A DNA stretch of 64,000 nt. Origin: Octopus vulgaris. Taxonomy: Eukaryota. The notes under the pieces are model-generated. The model did no database searches. It was not told the origin of the DNA and worked only from the letters and a program-made list of their open reading frames with translations. Positions 55,161 to 64,000 of this stretch are shown here, piece by piece; position 1 is the stretch's first letter, and each line of letters opens with the position of its first letter. The DNA lies in the NCBI GenBank assembly GCA_951406725.2, contig OX597817.1, positions 117,676,001 through 117,740,000 on the forward strand. Direction: 5' to 3'. The translations under genes were made by a program, and so were the position numbers.

Positions 55161-57543
55161 TCATTATCAGGTAATATTTTTTCTCATATTCTATGTTTTT
55201 ATACTAAAATCATGCCTGCATATCATATTGTACACTCAAAAGCATCATCAATGTCAACAACAGTGATTTCATTTTAATATTTCTATTGTATGCTCTGTAA
55301 TCTGCCGCAGCGTCTTGTACAATGCATTTAAATGTATTGTTCTAATCATAAAATCGGAACCAATTTATTTGTATTCAGTAAGCGTTGGAAATTGATAAAA
55401 AGGCATGACGACTAAAGAAGGCCTTGATAATGTAAATAGCGATTTGATTGTTCTGGTTTGCAGTGATTTAAAATAAGGGCCATTTTACTGTCATTACTTG
55501 GTCAATCTTTCTAAATGTTGAAACATGTAACTACAGCACATTTATAGTGAGTATTAAATAGAAACGTAATGTCTGCGTAAAACCTGATTTGGTTATATTA
55601 AAAATTCATCTGATTACAGTTGAAGACGAAATGGGTTAAACGTGTTATCTCTTGCAAATATGATAGAAATTCAAAGCAATCTAATCATAATAATAAGCAT
55701 GAACTTCATACTAATTATTCATGTCCATGCCAAATTCTATTTGTGTTTCACATGTATTGCGTATTGCTAACTTGGCAACAAGGTTATCCATTCTCCTTTC
55801 CTTTACAATACTATTATGGCATGTAAAGAATTCGGTATATGTATATCTAAAGACATACCATGACATCGATTTTATTGAATTATAAATGAAATATGAAATA
55901 TTTACAAGAATTTGTTGTTTTTATATTTATTCTTCATTTAATAATTTAACGTGCTTTGTTGCCAGAGGCATCGATAACATTTGTAGTAAACGGATGATAG
56001 AATCAATTCCTATCACAATTTAATGTGTATATTATGGAAATACTGAGATATTCCGGTCTTTGTTCTTCTTTCAGATTGATATAACACGGGCTTTGTGGAA
56101 TTATACAAGCAGAAAAATAAGGAAATTCCGAAACCCCGATTTCAATGCATATCATTAAGCGAGACATTTATTAAATCTGATAGGATGGAATATTAAGATC
56201 AATGGATTCATGACATATATGGACTTATGAAAAATAGCTGAACATATCACTGTTGCACAAATTGAAAATATACAAATAAGTGGCTGCGAATAATTGCGTT
56301 ACAATGTATTTAATGTAAATAAGTTTGGAATTAGAATTACAAGCCTCGCTTATAGATTTCTATTTATCTTTAAAAGTAATATCCTACGATTAGAGATATA
56401 TAATTTTTATGGAAGACGGAAAGCGACAAAGTATTGTTTACAAATTTGCAATGTGTATATTATAGACAAAACTTACATAACAGGCAAGCAATAACAGTGA
56501 AATATATTCCCATCTGACAATTCATAGCTAATTAAATTCAAAACTATCCGCAATTAATATTCTTAATGATATATATTATTACGTTTAATTAATATACTTT
56601 TATCTTCTTCTTCGTTCTAATTAATATACTGAAATTAAATTGTCTATATCTATTCTATATAGACACTAATTAAAATACTTATCAGTTACATTGAAACAGC
56701 CTGCATGAAAGTCGAATGTATTCTTCTGTGGTTGAATTGTTTGCCTAAAACTTATGAGTTTTCATGTTCAATCCCTCTGCATAGCACGTTGATCATGTTT
56801 ATTCTGCTATAGTTTCAAATCCAACATATTCAATGCCATTGGAATTTGGATAAAAGCTGTACAGATCGCTGAAGCAGCAATTTGGGGGTATGAGGTTATA
56901 CATTTTATATGTTATGTACGTAACATTCCATATTGTACTTTAGTTGCGCTAACGGTCATTATGGCCAAGTCTCCTATATTATCGTAATTTAACTCCTTTT
57001 TTTTCACCAATTTTGTAGGGCCTGAGTAAAAGCATGAATACAGCCCTCTTCCTCTGTCAGGATTCACAGAAATTTATAAAAATTATTTACAGTCTACATA
57101 CAAATTACACAGTGCAACACAATTTTTGCTCTTGTGTAGCAACTGTTATTTCCTATTTGCTTACCACTATAAAGTATGAAAAATACTATTTCCTTAAAAT
57201 TTTGCATTTGTTACAATGATGTTATCCCTCTACTCCCATGATCAGATAGGAACATATTGTCAGCCAATAAGAGATATGCTGAAGTGGTTAAGGTCAAGCA
57301 AGTGACAAGCAAATCTATGGTACTGAGCAGAATATTTGCTATAACGATATTTTGGCTTAAGAAATTCAGTGCTGAATCTATCTGAAATGTAATGGAAAAT
57401 AGGTCAATTTCAAAACATTGATGTCCAGGTCACAAAAGTAAAGTTTGTAGGGAACAGTAGTCATTCATCTTGATTTCTTGATAAAAGTAAATAGGAAATA
57501 CAGACTAAAGGTACAAAATTGCTAACACAATATTATAGGACAA

Positions 57544-57951
57544 AGATAATTATTTTCCATATATTTGATGCACATAGCGTGCCGTAACATACACGAGGAA
57601 CAAGAGTGAATGTTAATTTAGAGTGTCGAAGAATGATCAAAAGTATATGATAGCATGTGTTAGTTAAACTATATTTTTAAGATTATTTCAGATTATCGAG
57701 GTACACTCCTATATTTGAAGAGAACACATTTGTTATAAAACTATGAAAAACATTTCCTTTTAAACATTTAGTTAATGTAAGAATGTAAGAGTGTAACTAG
57801 CTAATCTGAAATACTCTTAGAATTATAGTATAAATAACACATGCAGTCATATACTTTTGATCATTGTTCGACACTAAATTAACATTCACTCTTGTTTCTA
57901 GTGAATGTTACGGCACGCTTCGTGCATCAAACATATGCAAAGTAATTATCT
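57544..57951. mobile_element. Fold-back MITE with ~130-bp TIRs
   Basis: agataattattttccatatatttgatgcac...gccgtaacat...aacaagagtgaatgttaattta...gatcaaaagtatatga matches the reverse complement of 57823-57951. Confidence 0.85.
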
Positions 57952-59624
57952 CTTAAAAATCATTTGTTGTTATATATATTTTAATATTGCCAAGGATCTC
58001 TTTATACTGTGTATAAACCTTATATATCTATTTGACATTATGATCAAGGTAAGCTATATCAGGCATTATATAAACTTACACACGCTTACGCACATACACG
58101 CACAGGCACACAGACGTACACACACACAGACAAAGAAGATATTTCACGTCTCAGATACCATTAGTCATGTCAGCGATGAAACCTCTGTGTTTCATGTAGA
58201 GCTGCTGAATGGTACACAGGAAGGTGCCGCATCACTACAGTGATAATCAAAGTTTCAAAATAAGTGGAAATGAAGTATCATATAATTTTCATTTTATGAC
58301 AATTTTAGTGCAGGTAAAACGTTTTCGTCGTAACTTACTGAACAACACAGATATCATTTAGTTTGTTTGATGTAAGCATCAAGGATGCACTTCTCACTTC
58401 AATAATCAATATATAAGCAGATTTCTTTTCTTAGTAAATAGTGAAGAACATTTCGTGTGAACGCTTTCAGATGCGTAACGATGCGAAAAGAAAAATGAAT
58501 CAAATTGCTTAACAGTTATTGATTCTTTATACAAATATTTATTCCGTGGAATTCTTATTGTTGCAGCTGTTCTTTCATCTCAGGTCAATCCCGATAGAGT
58601 AAGCTTATACGCGAACGACTTTTCACCTCGAGAAAAGCATGTCGTTCTTAAGATTATTGAGGAATATTTTATCCTAACTGCACCCCTTATTTTAGAATAC
58701 AATGTCTGATTATGTGGAGTTTGAGTCAATATTGTTAGAGCGATTGACAGAAGACAGGATGAAATAGATAGCAAAACGGTGTATAGCCTAATATTTAATT
58801 TTTATATTAGTTTTTTTTTAAAGGAGTGGTAAATTGGAAAAATGTATGAGGCTTCATAAAATTTAGTAAAGGCGCATTAATAACAGAGGTCAAATAACAT
58901 CAAGGTTAAACTTCGATTTTAGTACTACTAGGTACCAGTCAAAGGCTCAATGCAATGTAAATAACACTCTCCTCTAAGTGTTGCTGTCCTGGTGCATTTT
59001 CTTAGATCGTTTAGATATTTTGTGGGATTTAATTTATTTTAATTCCTGATTTAGAATATTAGTAGCGCTCGGTATATGCATTATTATATGTAATTGGCGG
59101 TATTTTTTGTTAACTAAACGGTGTAGAAAGTAGCTATAACATTCTTGAAAAGGGTTAGATTACATGCATGGAATGTACACACACATACACACACGCGCAT
59201 ACATACAGAGAAACATACACTCTCATACACTCATACATATCTATATATAAGAGAAATAATGAGTATTGCTATGGTCTTTTCGAAATGGCCGTCTTTATAC
59301 ACAGATTTTATACATGGCCGACTTCATACATAGACATTATACATATTCCAGACTCTTTATTAATCATTTTACATCCACTTTATCATCCTCTTCATTGATT
59401 CAAATTCGAACATTTGGACTTCGCAAGTAAATTTATGGACTTATACTTATATATATTTCTATTTATGAATTTTTATGTGTTTATAAATGTTCATATGTCT
59501 ACGAATTTTTATATATCATATAGATGAATGCTTCTATGTATATACTTTGCATACCATGGAGAATTTCGATAATATGGACTGGATAAATATATACATCGAG
59601 ATTTGAATTTGTTTTCTCTCCTAC

Positions 59625-59686
<62 letters not shown>

Positions 59687-59689
59687 GGG

Positions 59690-60215
59690 TGTCTGTCTGA
59701 CTGTCTGCTGTCTCTCTGCTGACTGTCTGTCGGTATGTTTGAAGCCCTAACACTCAAGAACCTCCCAACCAATTTGATTTCAATTGTACACAAGAATTAA
59801 TTAGGGTCCATGGAATACCATGGGCCAAAAAGGTTCAACTTCTTGCCTAATGCGGGCTTGGAGTAATCTCTTAGGCTTGTTCTGTATTATGTGTCAAAAG
59901 TGAAGCAAAAACATCTATATTGTAATATGACATAATATCATTTCACTTTTTTCTTTCAGTTTTAATTCTGTCATCTTATTTTACAAATAATATTTTACAA
60001 AGAACATCATATTTTACAAACTAACCGTTCAATTACCGGTTAATAATTGTCGTAGCAGTTGCGTCGTTGCAAGGTATTTACGATCATATACTATCCCTTA
60101 ACTTAACATTTAATACTTGTGCATAATCTATATGTATAAAATCCTTTGTCTGTCTGTCTGTCTGTAATCATAACAGCACCGAGGTAAGTACGTGATCTCA
60201 TTTTACCAAACCTGA
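59690..60215 (+). mobile_element. Helitron-like 5' fragments
   Basis: (GTCT)n followed by caaccaatttgatttcaattgtacaca, and A|TCTATATGTATAAAA at 60128, which resembles the 5' end of the 49521-50033 Helitron. Confidence 0.4.
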
Positions 60216-60225
60216 TATACTTTTA

Positions 60226-60284
<59 letters not shown>

Positions 60285-60708
60285 ATATAAGTACATACAT
60301 ATATGTATGTAGTTATATATGTAGTATATCTACGTGTATATATATACACACACACACATATATATATATATAATATAAATGTATATATAAGTATGTATAT
60401 ATGTTTGTGGATATGTTTGTGTGTCTATGTTTGTACCCCCGACATCGCTGGTGGTGTGTTTACGTCCCTGTAACTTAGCGGTTCGGCAAAAGATACCAAT
60501 AGAATAAATACTAAGCTTACAAAGAGTAAGTCCTGGGGTCGATTTGCTCGACTAAAGGGAGTGCTCCAGCATGGCTGAAGTCAAATAACTGAAACAAGGA
60601 AAAGAGTAATATAGTATATATATATATGTATGTATAAATATATGTATATATGCATATTTCTATGTACATATATGTGTATATATGTACATATATATATATG
60701 TATATATA

Positions 60709-60744
<36 letters not shown>

Positions 60745-60894
60745 TGTATGTACATCTATATATATATATAAGTATATTAGATACAATAGAAAATGTTCAT
60801 ATCAGACAGACTAAGATTAACAGATGCATATAGAGATTTAATTAAGATGGAATAAAAATTGTCCAGTCTGAAACATATATTGATATATCATATA

Positions 60895-61480
60895 TTTCTA
60901 GTGACATCTGCCACTGATTTCGAAAATCAGCGGCAGACGTCACTAGAAAAACTCTTATATATTTTGCAAACAGGCCTTGTCTTTCATCGTGAACAGGTGT
61001 TTACCGCCCGTTGATAAGAGACAATAATCTCGAAACCGGTTCGGTGCGTATCACTCAGGCTTACGAGAAAGAGATGGCCTCCCTTTGCAAATACTTTAAG
61101 TGCACAGAAAGTGTGTTTAAAGCCAGCTGGAGACGATGATCTCCTGGGGCTAAAAAGCTACAGTAACACCCGCCCCCCCTTTGTGGTTAGCCATATTAAG
61201 ATGGCTTTTATACTTTACATTGTCGAGCGGTTACTGTTTACATCTCGTTCTGAGATTTAATAATGCTTACAGTCAGTTTTTCGAAATCAGTGGCAGACGT
61301 CACTTGAAAATCTCTTATATATTTTTTAAACATGCCTCCCTTTGCAAATACGTTAAGGTCACAGAAAGTGTGTCTAAAGCCAGCTGGAGACGATGATCTC
61401 CTGGAGCTAAAAAGCTACAGTAACCCCCCCCCCATCCTTTGTGGTTAGCCATATTAAGATGGCTTTTATACTTTACATTG
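60895..61480 (+). mobile_element. Tandemly duplicated PLE-like repeat with a 5' hairpin and a minimal hammerhead-like motif (61008-61043)
   Basis: Copy 1 is about 60918-61221 and copy 2 about 61279-61480. Motif: ccg TTGATAA gaga-caataa-tctc GAAA ccggtt cgg. Hairpin at 60895-60949. Confidence 0.65.
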
Positions 61481-62414
61481 ATATATAATATATATCCACA
61501 GAAATATAACACACACACGCACACATATATGCATGTGTTCATACGAGATACTATTGCGCTAATAGGCATGAGTGTCTTCATGCTCTTAATTCAAGTGTGG
61601 GGATACAAGTTCAGAATGACTATGATTACTATCTGTCATGAGACCTCTTCCAACCTGCAGCTGCTGCATTGAATGAGAGTAAATAATTCCAAAAGACCCA
61701 TTTGTTTCAAGATGTAAGGAAAAATATTACCTATCCTTTGTGAATACATCGGTCCAAATAACGCTACACATGATGTTATACTTCTCGGACAACAATCGAA
61801 AGCAAAAATGTTTCACCCACTTGTCTGCACTCTCTGAGCATATTTAATCGATAATTTTCACTATTCGTACAACCATTTTCCAGCAAAAGTTGTTTCCATT
61901 AATGTTATGTGGAGTATATTTTTATCATTTTTTTCCATTTTAATATCGTACCGATTGACTTCACATAATTTACTTATGAACATCGGAGTAATTTTTTTTT
62001 CGATAAAGCGTCAAATTCATGTGATCTCTTAACAGTTTCTCGATAACTTTCCACGAATTTATGAGTCTCTTTAACGTCAAGGAAATTTCGATTAGAGTAA
62101 TCCTACCTACACTTTTACTGTTGTTTCACACAGTCATCTAAAACAAAAGGGAAAACTTATACATCAGCCTAACACCAAGGCACAAAATCAAGTAGTCTCG
62201 TTTTACTACTCGCTTTTTTGAAGCTACCGTATACTAATCAAACAAATGCCTATTCAGAGCCTTTCCTGTTACGTGGCTAAGTGTTACTATAATGAATGTT
62301 ACCCTTTAAGCATCTCCCACTGTCCGAGAAGCGGAAGAGAAAATACGGGAAACTCGAAGTAAACGTTTTTGTAGATCTAGATCCCAACACGTGTGAGATT
62401 TTTTCATTCTTTCT

Positions 62415-62577
62415 CGCACCTCCTCCCCTTCTCCTCCTCCACCTCCTTCTTATTCTTATTCTTCCTTCTCCCCCACCTCCTCCCGCTCCTCCGCCTCCTC
62501 CCTCTTCCTTCTACTCCTTCCCCCTCCTTCATCATTCTCTCTCCTCTTCCTTCTCTCTCCTCCTCCTCTTTTTCTCT
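62415..62577. repeat. Polypyrimidine (CCT/CTT-rich) low-complexity tract
   Basis: Seen directly. Confidence 0.85.
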
Positions 62578-63443
62578 GTCTATATACATACACGTGCACA
62601 TACAACGCGCGCGCACACACACATTCAAACAGACACATGTGTAAGCAGCTAGGTGCAATGTAACACCATATTAAATATCTCATTGCTATTATGTTAAACT
62701 GTTGTATGTCCAAAGTTGTCCAAATGCGTTTTTTTTCAACATTTATTTTTGCTTGCAGTAGCCGGTTCTTTTCGTCAAACTATCTCATGTCCGGCTGCTT
62801 CCGATCCCCAAATATCCAAAATTTTTGAAGTGTAACACAACGGTTTTACTATGGAATGGCAAAACTACTTTTTCGTTTTCTGAAAAAGCAACCTTTTGGA
62901 CCTACTTCACTGTTGCATAATAGCAAAGATATATATATATATATATTAAGTAGTAGGATTAGTCGAATGCTTTATACAGAGTTAATTATTATAATGTGCA
63001 TTGTTTGTGCTGGGCCACAAAATTTTGCTCCCAGAACTTCTAAACTGGGACCACATTAACATACGCATTTTGAAGTCAAAATCTGAACACACACACACAC
63101 ATACTCATACACACACACACACGCAACACACACGTACGCATGCAAACGCACACAAAAGCACAAACATACATATTCATCCTTTTTTGCCCATTGGATAAAT
63201 ATCAGTTGAACACTCGCGTCGATGTAATTAACTAGCTCCCACCCTAAACTTTCGACTTATTACATCTAACGAGCTTGCTGACCTTGTTCCAAAATCTGAA
63301 ACCAAGAAGTGCATTGTACCGAGTATATGAGTGGATGCATTATGTTTCACCTTCCTCTAATACACATGCTGTTTTCCATTCATCTGACTAAGTCGTGATC
63401 GATGTCATGCATGATATGTCTAAGAATTAAATATTCCGTTCTT

Positions 63444-63492
<49 letters not shown>

Positions 63493-63595
63493 TGAAATGG
63501 ATAAATGAATTATCTTGTTAAGGATTATTCAAAATTTAACCGATCTCGGGTAGCAAAAATCACAACAGAAAAGACACGGTTGAAGTTACGACCTT

Positions 63596-63638
63596 GGAAT
63601 TATGTAGAATCTTCGTTCAGCTCCATTTCTCCCTTCAC

Positions 63639-63693
<55 letters not shown>

Positions 63694-63743
63694 ATATTTA
63701 GTGTAGGAAGAAATGGAGCTGAACGAAGATTTAACAAAATTCC
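63596..63743. repeat. Inverted repeat centred on (TA)n (tail-to-tail PLE-like termini)
   Basis: 63608-63645 matches the reverse complement of 63694-63731 at 36 of 38 positions (by eye), extending imperfectly to 63596/63743. Confidence 0.9.
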
Positions 63744-63751
63744 TTTTTATT

Positions 63752-63837
63752 ATTTTCTACATATATTTCAAAGGCTGCAAAGTCCATAATTCGGATTGAA
63801 TAAGGAGTCCATTTTGCAGCCTTCTCTTCAGGAAAAT
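63752..63837 (-). ncRNA. Type-I hammerhead ribozyme with intact catalytic core and long stem II (PLE-associated)
   Basis: AUUUUC CUGAAGA GAAGGCUGCAAA [31 nt] UUUGCAGCCUUU GAAA UAUAU GUA GAAAAU: perfect 6-bp stem I, 12-bp stem II, CUGANGA, GAAA and a GUA cleavage triplet. Confidence 0.75.
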
Positions 63838-64000
63838 CCAGGAACTTAATTCTCCAACAAAATGCACAGCAAGATTTTCGACAAACGCTCACGAGGAGCC
63901 CATGGATATGTATATACGTGTATATGTGTTCGTATGAGTGTGTATGCCTGTCTATGAAGGTAGAGATGTGTGCAATATATATGTACATACATACATGTAT

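Noticed and set aside
60895-60949. pre-miRNA or selected ADAR site (A.C mismatches)
   Set aside because: The loop is only about 3 nt, the hairpin lies at a repeat junction, and the mismatches are explained by CpG decay.

Overview
This is AT-rich, repeat-saturated eukaryotic non-coding DNA. The tRNA-headed CORE-type and Nin-type SINE families point to an octopus (coleoid cephalopod) genome; this is an inference. I found no credible host exon, rRNA, true tRNA or CRISPR array, and most ORF-track entries are microsatellite translations. The window is a mosaic of (TA)n/(CA)n/(TAA)n/(CTA)n arrays, three SINE families, decayed LINEs (two RTE-like, two R4/Dong-like), a Gypsy integrase remnant, Tc1/mariner and pogo-like remnants, Helitron/Helentron derivatives, fold-back elements and many Penelope-like (PLE) remnants. 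The most interesting signal is a set of about eight type-I hammerhead ribozyme cores in PLE-like termini. Several have unusually long stem II regions, many abut (TA)n arrays and sit in inverted pairs, and one (63752-63837, minus strand) keeps every catalytic core nucleotide. Other notable items are a twin-primed RTE-like insertion with a clean 11-bp TSD and a SINE whose 184-bp body occurs as monomer, dimer and trimer behind a single head. All alignments were done by eye, and boundaries of old elements are approximate.
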